From Nymphaea colorata (Eukaryota): a stretch of 64,000 nucleotides of DNA. The position numbers and the translations under genes were made by a program. The stretch is taken from positions 14,012,001 through 14,076,000 of the forward strand of contig NC_045138.2 in the NCBI RefSeq assembly GCF_008831285.2. The letters run 5' to 3'. Shown here in pieces: positions 53,801-64,000 of this stretch. A model generated the notes under the pieces. The model made no database searches and was not told the origin of the DNA. It saw nothing but the letters and a program-made list of their open reading frames with translations. How positions within the stretch are numbered: the first letter of the stretch is position 1; each line of letters begins with the position of its first letter.

Positions 53801-54199
53801 CTATGGCACCTTCTTCAGAGGGACGTTGTTCTTGTGGAGGCCTTTTGGCTCGCCATGAAGCAGATGATGTCCGACCAAGCCATGCTCCAGCACAAGCTTC
53901 TCTTCATCGCATTCCTCGCACTCATGATCTTCTTCCTCGCATTCTTCACACTCCTCTTCTTCCTCCTCCTCCTCCTCCTCCTCCTCTTCTTCGCACTTCT
54001 TATCAGCTTCAAAATGAAGTTTATCAGGGTGAATGGGATCACCAACTCCGGCAGTACCATCGACGGTTTCCGTCATGTTGGTAATGTTAACATGAGCCAT
54101 GTGCACTTGGGGATGCTTCATTTCTCTGCCTCCATCCACTGCACAAAAGAAGCAGGCAATAGCTAGCAAGAGAGAAAGAAGAGGCACAAGGAACTTCAT
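53801..54199 (-). CDS. Secreted acidic Glu/Cys/His-rich protein, 132 aa (paralog A)
   Basis: Signal peptide MKFLVPLLSLLLAIACFFCAVDG-GRE, VNITNMT sequons, a poly-Glu tract and two CEEC motifs. TATA box at 54276-54271. Clear paralogy with 57566-58006. Confidence 0.85.
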   Translation of the reverse strand: MKFLVPLLSLLLAIACFFCAVDGGREMKHPQVHMAHVNITNMTETVDGTAGVGDPIHPDKLHFEADKKCEEEEEEEEEEEEEECEECEEEDHECEECDEEKLVLEHGLVGHHLLHGEPKGLHKNNVPLKKVP

Positions 54200-55669
54200 T
54201 GTTCACTGCAAGAGCTAAGCTGTACTGATCAAGGAAATGAGTGGGGAAAGGAAAAGGGATAGAGCCTGGTTTTATAGGAATCTGTGGCCGAGTTGGTGTT
54301 CTTCCTTGTGGTTGTCATTTGTCAATGGTTGTTGCACTGGTTTTCCATATGAGTGCAACTGAGAAATGTATATTATTTTGTATTTTACTGACAATTGGGC
54401 AGGGGAGGATTGGTAGATTTACTAATATAATGGATGACGAGGCCGCTCTCAAGGAATTGCATTGCATTGGAGATAAAAAGAAGATGCAACACTCAACATA
54501 CGTCTCACCCATAAACACAAAACATTCTATAATGCTGATAAAGTTTGTTTAACAAGCGGTCATTGTGTAATTTAATAAAGTATTTTTTTGGTGTTATCTA
54601 AGGTAGGGTGTAGTGTTGTAGTCTAGTGCACTGCAGCCACATAGAAGAATGAGGAGGAAACGTGTACTTATAGGAGGTGAAATCGTGAGTATATATATAT
54701 ATGAATGAATGAATGAAGGCCCTTTAAAAGAATAACTGTCATGAGATAATGCCGATCGATAGAGACACCCTCATCAGCATTGAACTCTTCACATTCTGCA
54801 TCTTAACTACGAGACTATAATAGGTAGAACATGGAACTCTTGTTGACAAGCCGTAAATATTTTTTGATAAAACAAAATCTAATGTAATCTTTTTGCCAGT
54901 TCTTCAAATAACGCAAGAACATTAACTAATTATGATAAAGATTTTGACAATATATAGCATGCAACATGCATGATTTCCTACCAGGATGACACCATACAAG
55001 ACATGAGTGTTTCATACGCTAAAAAGTAGACGGGCATCGGCCAGGCAGATACTTCATTCATTGATGAAACTTAAATGATTCAGATACATACAAAATTAAA
55101 TATTACAAAAAAAATGTTGAGAAGTAAGATTTGGTCTAATCTGGTACCATTTCAAAAAATCCCAAACATTATACCTAATTATGTATGTGCTATTCGTTTA
55201 AAATTGATTTGAGCAAATATTCATGGGTGGGGCACTTTTTTTCACATTTTTTGGGATGATGGTCGCCTCATTAATGTTCTCATATACAGAATTGAAGAAA
55301 TAAACTTGAAAAAAAAGGAGGGATTTATGTTTATCATGGCACCGATACGGGCTGGTCCTTAGTTGCCGATGTGCCGTATCGTTGCTTTCCATACCCGGCG
55401 TTCCGGTTTTTGACATAACCTCCACAACCACTATAGGTGAGTAGATTTTTTCATTGTATAAAATGAGTTGAATTGCCATACATATGGCGGAATATGTACG
55501 CACCATAATTTTAGAATGCACACTTTGTACGAAAAGGCAGAAAATATCTTTTGTCTTTCTTCTTTCGACAGAATATATGCCTGATCAGATCCACAAACTT
55601 AATCCACAATTTATACATGAACAGTAGATTATCTCTTTATTCATGAAGGAATCCCGATAAGGAGAAGCA

Positions 55670-55844
55670 CCTCAAAAAATACTGTTAAATCTCAAAGAAT
55701 TTCATCACGCTCTTCTAGAATTTGTAGGTTTAATTTGGATCTCAAGTTTTAGTGCCCCTCAAAAAATACTGCTAAATCTCAAAGAATTTCATCACACTGC
55801 TTTAGAAATTGTAGGTTTAATTTGGATCTCGAGTTTTAGTGCCC
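55670..55844. repeat. 87-bp tandem duplication
   Basis: CCTCAAAAAATACTG...TTTTAGTGCCC starts at 55670 and 55757. Confidence 0.9.
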
Positions 55845-56093
55845 TTATACATGTAAAGCTGGTTATATACGCCACCTCCACGTATGTAATTTTTTTGTGC
55901 TATTTTAAGAATGACAAAAAAAGCCCATGATGAATAAAAAAAATTGTATGGATAAAAAAAAGAACCACAAAAAGAAGTTTTTGGGATTCAATAAAGGTAA
56001 AATTTGTCAGTCCGTATATGCATATCGTTATAACCAATATATCCCTTTAAGTAGTAAAAAAATGTTTTTGTTTTTTTTTTTGCCCTGCTTATA

Positions 56094-56405
56094 ACATTAT
56101 CTCAATATCTCATAGATATTTTATTATCTCATATTTATACTCAGTGTTCTCTTATACATTTTTCCATTACCTCATAAATATTGTATTATCTCATACGTAT
56201 ATTTAGCATCATCTCATGCATCTGTCTGTTAACTCATTATCTCATAACTTTTTGTTATATCGTAAACATTATTATCTCATACTTATGTTTGACATTATCT
56301 CATACATCCGTCCGTTTGTTATCTCATTATCTCATAAATCTTTTGTTATCTCATAAACACCAAGTCATACTTATTTTTTACTTCATACTATTTGTTATCT
56401 CACAC
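56094..56405. repeat. Degenerate array of TTATCTCA(T) motifs, about a dozen copies
   Basis: Repeated ATTATCTCATA / GTTATCTCAT with irregular spacing. Confidence 0.75.
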
Positions 56406-57280
56406 ACATGCATATGTAATGTTTGAGCATGAAAGTAAATGTATATGTTGGTAGTAGGGTCGTACGCTCGTTAGGTACGCGAGAGTGGCACACATAACTA
56501 GGTATCTTAGACATGACCACTTTGAAAGCAAACAAGAAAAATGAACTCCCAAGTAAAAGTCAACATTCTATTTGAATAGAGGAAAGGAAAGGATAAAAGG
56601 ATGAAAGAGATAAAAATGAAAAGAAAATGAATGATTAGTGATGGATACAGAAAAATGAGAAAAGAAATAAAATGAAAGAAACTATTATAAAAGCTTGTTT
56701 ACATAAGAAGGAAAAGAAAAGAAATATTTGTCTAACTATACAAATGAAAGAAAATAAAAGATCAATTTCTATTTGTCTACAATTAATAATGCTTCTGACA
56801 TGCACCGCTAATTTTGATTGAACATAGATCTCTCTTTCTCTCATTTATGTATATATATATATAGTCTTAGATTAGAACTTGGATATACATCTCTCTCTTG
56901 AATGATTTTATTTATTAACTATAATAGTTTGGTCGGACTTGGACATCTCACTTCAGTAATTTGATTGCACATCTCTCTCTAAAAGTCGGCCCGTCTTAAA
57001 CCAGAATGGGATCAACTTCTCTCGCTTTTCTTCATTGCTTGGTTCTTCATTATATTTTTATGTTATTCAACTGGCAGTGTTTAAAAAAAATAAAAATTTG
57101 CATTTTTCATGTAATTTGTTAATGTCCATATGATCTGGAAGCTCATTCAGCCCCTATCAATAGCGATAGCCGATCGACTCTCTACCTCTCGACTCTCGAG
57201 TGAGCCCCAACAGACCAAACAACCACATTCGTAGAACAAGACATAGAACAGATTTAATTTAATTTCACTTTATTATGAAT

Positions 57281-57393
57281 AGTACATAAGTAACATGTAA
57301 GTTCATAAACGATTCCACATACATAATACCATATTACAAACAGTACATAAGTAATATGCAAGTCCATAAACCACTCCACATACATAATACCAT
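57281..57393. repeat. ~52-bp direct repeat (period 61) in the 3' region of paralog B
   Basis: AGTACATAAGTAA...CCACATACATAATACCAT starts at 57281 and 57342. Confidence 0.85.
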
Positions 57394-57565
57394 CACACAC
57401 TCGCATCCATCACATGCATTAGCAACACAGAAGACCAGAAAAACCAAGAAAGAAAGAACCTAATCAAGACTTCCGTTCTGCAGGGAAGAAGGTCATTGGT
57501 AAAGACTCCGTGGAGTCTTATTCGTGGCAGGAATTTGGCGACGGAGATCGTTGCTACGTTTTCGT

Positions 57566-58006
57566 TCATGGTTTTGCAACTGTTTGATTCTTGCTCTTAC
57601 GCATTTTTTGATTCTTGAGAGCATGCTTGTCCCCGTGTTGCAACTTCTCGTCGCAGTCATCACAGTCATGATCGTGCTCGTGTTCCTCGCAGTCGTCGCA
57701 GTCATGGTCGTGCTCACCTTCGTCGCAGTCATCACAGCGATCGCCATGGTCGTCGTCGTCGCAGTCGTCTTCGCATTCATAGTGGTGGTGTTCTTCATGC
57801 TCGAAGTCATCGCCCTCTTCATAATGCCCTTCATTTGGATGCAGCAGAGGCTTGCCATCTTTAGCCACGTGAGCGGTCTTGGTCATGTTGGTGAGGTTCA
57901 CATGTGCAGTGGGCACTTGTGTCTCCTTCAGTTCTCTCCCTCCATTCACCACACTTAGGAAGGAGATGGCTAGAAGAAGAGAGAAAAGAAGCACAGAGGA
58001 CTTCAT
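57566..58006 (-). CDS. Secreted acidic Asp/His/Cys-rich protein, 146 aa, with 12-aa CDDC(D/E)E(G/H)EHDHD repeats (paralog B)
   Basis: ATG at 58006 in the same context as paralog A. Signal peptide MKSSVLLFSLLLAISFLSVVNG-GRE, VNLTNMT sequons, three CDDC motifs. TATA box at 58073-58068. Confidence 0.85.
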   Translation of the reverse strand: MKSSVLLFSLLLAISFLSVVNGGRELKETQVPTAHVNLTNMTKTAHVAKDGKPLLHPNEGHYEEGDDFEHEEHHHYECEDDCDDDDHGDRCDDCDEGEHDHDCDDCEEHEHDHDCDDCDEKLQHGDKHALKNQKMRKSKNQTVAKP

Positions 58007-58403
58007 TGTTTCACTAATGGAAGGTATGAACAAGCACGAGTGAAGAGACCAGAGGAGTTTGCTTGGTTTTATAGGAAGAAACTAAACTTGTTGGTTTTCT
58101 TTTGCTTTACTGTTGCAATACTGGTAGCCAATAAAAATGCAATAGAAAATGGCAAATTATGTATGAATTGTTGACTGAGTAAATATAAAATAAGTTGATC
58201 ACCATTAATGGATGTCGAAGTCCTTGTCAAAATTGTTGCCATTGATGAAAGGAAGGACGACACTCGACCTATTGCCCTCAAAACTGATTTTCATTGTCGC
58301 AATACAAAGGTACCAGAAAAACTTCTTTGAGAAGCCAAGTAAAATATTTCCTGCAAAGACGGATTTAGTGGCGGCTCCAGCCTGCAGCTGCACTCTAACA
58401 TTG

Positions 58404-58508
58404 TCTGTTTGAACCAGTGTTGTCAATCTCCGTATCAGTTTGCCGAATGGTAACGATTCTCTGTTTGAACGAGTGTTGTCAATCTCCGTATCAGTTTGCC
58501 GAATGGTA
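58404..58508. repeat. 56-bp-period tandem duplication upstream of paralog B
   Basis: TCTGTTTGAAC.AGTGTTGTCAATCTCCGTATCAGTTTGCCGAATGGTA occurs twice. Confidence 0.9.
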
Positions 58509-58516
58509 CAGCGTAT

Positions 58517-58678
58517 GGCAGAGCCAGGATTTTTTTTAGGAATGGGCCAAACCATCCACGGGTCAGGCCAAACCATCCGCGGGAGCGACGGTAAGGTCAA
58601 GAAGAGCGACTGGTCGGAATAAACTAAAAAAATTTGATTTTTTACATATAATTTTTTTTTTCTGGGCCTCCGCCCCTT
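58517..58678. mobile_element. Degenerate MITE-like element with GGCRGAGCC-type ends
   Basis: Ends TGGCAGAGCCAGG ... GGGCCTCCGCCCCT. Similar termini occur at ~1202, ~16086 and 59421. Confidence 0.35.
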
Positions 58679-59420
58679 GTATAAATTTTGCCTTCTTTCC
58701 CACTGTTCTTTCCGACAGTACTATGCAATGTTTTGGCGACTGTCTATTCCATACAATACTACCAACACTGGTACTAACAACATGATATATATCAGAATTG
58801 AGATCAGCTGCCTCCTATCTTTAGGCCGAAAGGTTATTTTTTCCAATTTGTGATGCTACTAAACACGGTTGAAAAAAGTGTATTCATGACAGCAAATTGT
58901 TTAGTCATAGCTTTTAACGATAAAGTGCACCTTTCCTGATGGTTTTTAATGACACAAACTAAAAAAATAACTATATACCATGGTGCACTAGGTGTTAGTA
59001 GGCTATCTCTTCATTTTGTCATTCCTCAATATTAAAAAAACTTTAAAAGGACAAAAACCAGACCTGAGCCTTCTAAGGAACAATCGTAAATTCCTTATAT
59101 AACTTCTCATCCTTTATACTGATAGCTTTTGTAAGGAGTGATATATTCTAATTAATTGGAAGTTCATCTATGACTACCCATTTGCTGTGAGAGATTAAAT
59201 GATCGGGGAATAACGTGTTTGGTGATCAAATGACTAAAATGCCCTTTTATTGAACTTCCAAAAACTGAAGTTCTCCTTATTATGGGAACAAAATTGGGAA
59301 TAAATTTTTTTTTTGTAAAAGACAAAAACACCCCTCACAAGGCTTGGCTCAACTCGAGTAGTGTGACATCCCTTTAGCTACGGCTTGGCTCAACTTGCTA
59401 GCTAACTCAAGTGAACCAAT

Positions 59421-59593
59421 CAGCCGGCGGAGCCACATTGTAGCTGGTGTGAGTAATTGCCCACATTAGTCCTTAAAATTTATTTTACTTACATATATAA
59501 ACTTTATTAATTTTCAGTTTTTTATATATGAGTACTTGTTGAAGTTTAAAATTTAAATTGTCCTTTAGCTAAAAATTTCTAGTTCTGCCACTG
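59421..59593. mobile_element. hAT-type MITE (CAG..GGCGGAGCC family)
   Basis: Imperfect TIRs CAGCCGGCGGAGC / GTTCTGCCACTG. Flanks GAACCAAT / AAACCGAT match 6/8, consistent with a degenerate 8-bp TSD. Confidence 0.55.
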
Positions 59594-62500
59594 AAACCGA
59601 TACGAGTAAATGTAAAGCAATTAGCCTAATTCTAAGAACAAACAGACGAAAGTTTTTGCACATTATTGCAGACGCTGCTTCATGATCTGACCGACTCCGA
59701 ATTAAGATAGTTTCATTTATCTTAAAATAAGCTTTGATTAAGGTTTAAGATGGATGGAAGATCCATTTTACTGGCCCCACGTAATCTGGGTCGGCAGCAC
59801 AAACCAAATTGGCAGTTTTTTAGTTGGGTATGTGCGGGCCTTGATGTTGATGCAATAAACCAAATTGTGCATGTCATTATCAGTTCACATAAGCAAGGCA
59901 AAGGATTATGCACAAAATAATGACCATCAATATGAAAATGGACGCTGATTTCATCAATGATGCATGCAAAATTTCTCGCCAAGTGTTGCACTTAACCTTT
60001 GCTTTTGAACATACATTGTAAAGGCAACGTTTCTCTAAGGAGCTAGTCTCCAAACTTTCTTTTAGTCTTCATCTGGGTCAGGTTGTGTGGGCGACCGTGG
60101 CCTTGGTGCCGTGACGATGGACTTTATATCACATGGACACTTCAATCTACATACAATCATGTGTCGCATCCCAAAGTCGGGAACAAACAGCATGTCCTTT
60201 AGGAGGCTAAGGCCCCTGTGACATAGCTATAAAAAAGTTTAATTAGTAGCACACAAACCCCAAAGTACTGTACATGTATTGTTTGTTCCCTTGTTTCTGA
60301 ATCTGTATTCCTTACTTTCTTTTTTTGCTTATGATGTCTTTGGTTTATGCTTTTGTTTACTTACAACTGAGCACCCACACACCGACCCCAGTGTATGTTG
60401 GGGATTCTGTGTTTGGAGTGATCGACATTTGAATTATTGTAAGAGGCCTCGGCCGTCTTATATGAGCAAAGTTGAGATTTCTTTTCAAATCTTTTTTGCT
60501 TATTGTGATAAATGCAATTTATGCTCGGTGGAAGAGCATCCCTCCATTTTGTTGCAATCTTTGATTTCCATGCGCCCTCGCTATTTTCAAGTCGTCCGCA
60601 CACTCTTGAGCCCCTTTAGGCTTACAACGAAGGAGCTATCGCCGGGCCGCACGTGCCGAAGAAATGAACCCGTGACATTGATAATGATTACTAATTAAAC
60701 AAGCAAAGTGACAAACAATATTAATGCATGTTAAGTTCTCAAGAAACTTACGGCCCTGATTAAAAACTCCCACTTGTGAAAAATTCTTGGTATCAACTAG
60801 GGCAGGGTGAGCCTAGGATCGGCCCATTTGTCTTGCTGAGTAGAAGGTGAACATGAACATGATTAATAATAGCTGAGGCTTCCTGGACACACCTAATAGA
60901 ATCTCAGGTTGGCACGCGCTGCCTTCTCAAGCTAAGGAGGAGATAAGTGAGAATATATGCGTTGAGGAGGCTCCATGAGAGGATTCTGCTCTAGAACTAC
61001 AAAAGGGCGTTTGATTAAATTACCTCAAATATGAGAACCGGTAAACCAGATTTAATGCAGAATCCCTTATAGATGGTATGGTCTCGTCCTATACAACACT
61101 ATAGATTTTAGAACCATGAATTTGGAATCCCTAATTTTGTCCCCGGATCCACATATAGATCTGTAAAGAAAGGTTGGCGGGCTGATGAATTAAAGATGCA
61201 TGGATTGCATATTCTGGTTAACAAGAGAACTGACATCTTTGAAGAAATCCATGTATATGAAAACTTGAGAATTTATCTTTGGGGCGTTTGATTTGCTTGG
61301 CACCAGTGGAATTTTAGAATTATCATTCTCATTCTTGAAACCGGATCCAAATTTGTCTCTTTTGCACTGAAATCTGTTTGCATTCAAACCTGAAGCTGAT
61401 TCTCTGTCCAATTAAGCGAATATAACAATGACTATTTTGGAATGAATCTAACCCGTTAATGCGCCATCTGCTGGTGAACTAGTTAAGAGGAGCAACTGCA
61501 AGATCTAGTTATTAATTGGATTCATATTCAGCATGCAGCTTCAGGTTTCGGTCTGAAATCCCACAATGATATGATGATTCATTTACATGTCTTAAGCCGG
61601 TCCGTCCTAGCGTGAGATCCAAGTCCAAATTAACCTGCAGAATCCATATCTGATTAGCTGGACTTGGTGAAGAGAAACTCCTTAGAACAATGGCAACGCT
61701 CCAAGTTGGATTTCGACGATCGATCCTTCTTCATGCTTCCTTAGTTAACCTCTAATGCACGCATTTACTCGAACAAGGCATTGAATATAAGAAGAAAAAA
61801 AAAAGGCACTACAAAATGGCCATCGGGTGTGAGTTCTCAATCATGTAATGTAATATAGCCGAAGGCACTGGCTAATATTAATAGATTATTCAACTAGAAG
61901 TTGGTGCATTATCACCACTAACTCCATTTACTTCATGAGCAAAGAGAAGATGGGATTTATATTTATATATTTCTCAAGAATGCACCAATCTATTTCCCAG
62001 TTGTTTCTTCCCTGCATACTACTCTTAGATGAAAATTAAGTAAAGGAAAAATGACATTTCCCTTCTCCATTAAGCAATGCAAACGTGACATAAGGGGGGG
62101 ATAAGCCAAGTGGACTAATGAGACAAATTGTCAGGCTTGTTCGAGACAATCCTTACCTACTACTCTTACGTATGTTCATGAAGCAATGCCGATCAAAATT
62201 CAAAGCATGCAATGCATAATAAATTGCAGAGATAGATAAATACTTCTGGTGCATGTTGGTTGGACAAAACCGAAAAAAGAAAACACTTTTGTTTTGTTCT
62301 TTCTTTGTTTACTTCTTTTCAATTATATTCAGACAATCAAAATCAGAAGATGCCCCTTTCGAAGTTCATGCATGAATAAAAGAAAAGCCTCGAGACTCTA
62401 TGTAGTACCGGCTGAAATCTCTTAATTTATTCACTTTTCAGATCAAAGGAGATGAGCTTCATCAAAATTTAAAGTATCCAAGGTGTACCATCTCTCTCTC

Positions 62501-63776
62501 TCTGACTCACATTGCTTGCTCTCCGTCTTTCTGCCGCAGAAACCCATCTCCACCTTTTTGTCTTATGGTCCTTCCCTCCTCCCCGTCACCGCCGGCCTAT
62601 CTACCACCCCCCGCCGGTTACTCCTCTTCTTGCCATCCCCTTTGGCTTTCTTGACTCGTTAGTTACAGGCGGGGAGTCTGGGAAGAGCGAAATAACAGAG
62701 GATGATTCTTGAAACTAGCTGCCATCCATTTGCTGGGGAGCAGTGTTCACCTCGCTCTTTCCTTTCTTTGTTTTTCTTTTTTGGGCATTTGTACTTGGTG
62801 ACAATTCCATCATGCAGTTTTGTAAGTGAATTCTCTCTAGCGATTTGGAAAATACGAATAGCACACATTTTTCAACACGGAAGGGCCGTTTGTGGACAAT
62901 ATCTCCCCTAGAATCAAGACGATGGAATGTAATGCGAATTCCAGAATCTTAAGCTGAAACTGGGACTAGGATGCTATTTTCTAAAATGATCACTTATTTG
63001 TTTTAGCCGGTTGAGCTTTATTGGAACCAATATCCAACATTTGATGGGCGGAGACACTTTAAAAATGGAAACAGTGGAAAATAATCATTCTTTTTTATTT
63101 TTTTTATATATTTTTAGTTTTTTTACATAAACAAAAAGCACCTCAAAAAAATAAAAGATTGAGTAGAAGATTTGACTCTTTGTTGAGGGGTGGATCAACC
63201 CCACTCATATGAAAGAGTTCCGTCTGCCAGCAATAAAGTTAGATAAAAGCCTCTGTCAATCCAAACCCCAATCTGGATCCAACCAGTATTAAATCTATTT
63301 ATATGCAATCAGGGCAGAATTTTGGTTTAGCTCAAAACTTTGTCTTTACTCATATACAAAAATGCCCAAGCAATCAGCTATAGGCTTGAGTGGGCATTGT
63401 ATTGAGTTTCATTCATTGACATCCCCAAAAGATTTTAGCACCTCCGCTTATATTATAATCTAATAATTGTATCAATTTCAATTAAGTCAAACCATACAAA
63501 TGGATTCGTGATGGTCCATCTTGACTAAAGAAACTAAATCAGCTACCATAATCAGTACGAATGGTTTATTATAAATTCAAAAAGCAGGTATATAGATAAA
63601 ATTTTTAAGACAAAGCTTGCTCACGTCAAGAGTTTAGAGCTCACTGTGGCTTTTTTATAGAACTGAACGCCGAGGCCCTTTTGGTATCTTCTTGGCCGTC
63701 ACTTGGATAGAAGGGAAGATAAAAAGAGATTTGCTCTGCATATATGTCAAGTTCATATATTTATATAGCAAATCAG

Positions 63777-63816
63777 GCAGAATAGTCTTCATGCATGCAG
63801 AATAGTCTTCATGCAT
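63777..63816. repeat. Perfect 20-bp tandem duplication
   Basis: GCAGAATAGTCTTCATGCAT occurs twice. Confidence 0.95.
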
Positions 63817-64000
63817 TCTCACGCCCACAGTTTCCACGTTATATACAAAATCAATCTTCATCCTTTTCAGTCATCGATACATAGTGACCAATATTTTTTC
63901 TTTCTCCCTCTTTCTGAGAAACTTTCATTCATACGGCTTCAATATTTTCTATTTTTGCTAAACTACCAATCAAAGATGTAAACTTATTGTCTACTAATAA

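Noticed and set aside
57524..57958. Hydrophobic plus-strand ORF (also 53771-54166)
   Set aside because: These are antisense shadows of acidic codon repeats. The TATA box, signal peptide and paralogy all support the minus strand.
63655..63861. 68-aa minus-strand ORF
   Set aside because: Its frame spans a 20-bp duplication and it is unrecognisable. At most it is a pseudogene fragment.
1..64000. CRISPR arrays, tRNA, rRNA, autonomous transposon ORFs
   Set aside because: None seen. The DNA is eukaryotic, and the repeats have only 2-3 copies without unique spacers.

Overview
AT-rich, intron-rich plant (angiosperm) nuclear DNA. There are four multi-exon genes whose splice junctions I traced by eye. 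On +: peroxisomal acyl-CoA oxidase ACX2 (1668-5797, with PTS2), WD40 protein WDR83/MORG1 (6739-10535) and a CesA6-clade cellulose synthase (21219-28357). On -: a Sen1-like helicase MAA3 (30665-41488). The right third is accessory-like. It holds a single-exon uncharacterised gene (44659-45123), a near-perfect 134-nt foldback (46351-46484), and a box C/D snoRNA (~51676-51770, -) whose guide matches 25S rRNA and which lies in an intron of an apparently non-coding, telo-box-driven host. It also holds a tandem pair of intronless genes (53801-54199, 57566-58006, -) encoding secreted, acidic proteins with His/Cys CxxC repeats. I do not recognise this family, and it is the best candidate here for an undescribed system (putative apoplastic metal-binding proteins). 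Several hAT-like MITEs, short tandem duplications (two touching MAA3 splice sites) and microsatellites are also present. All family assignments rest on recalled motifs, not on database searches.
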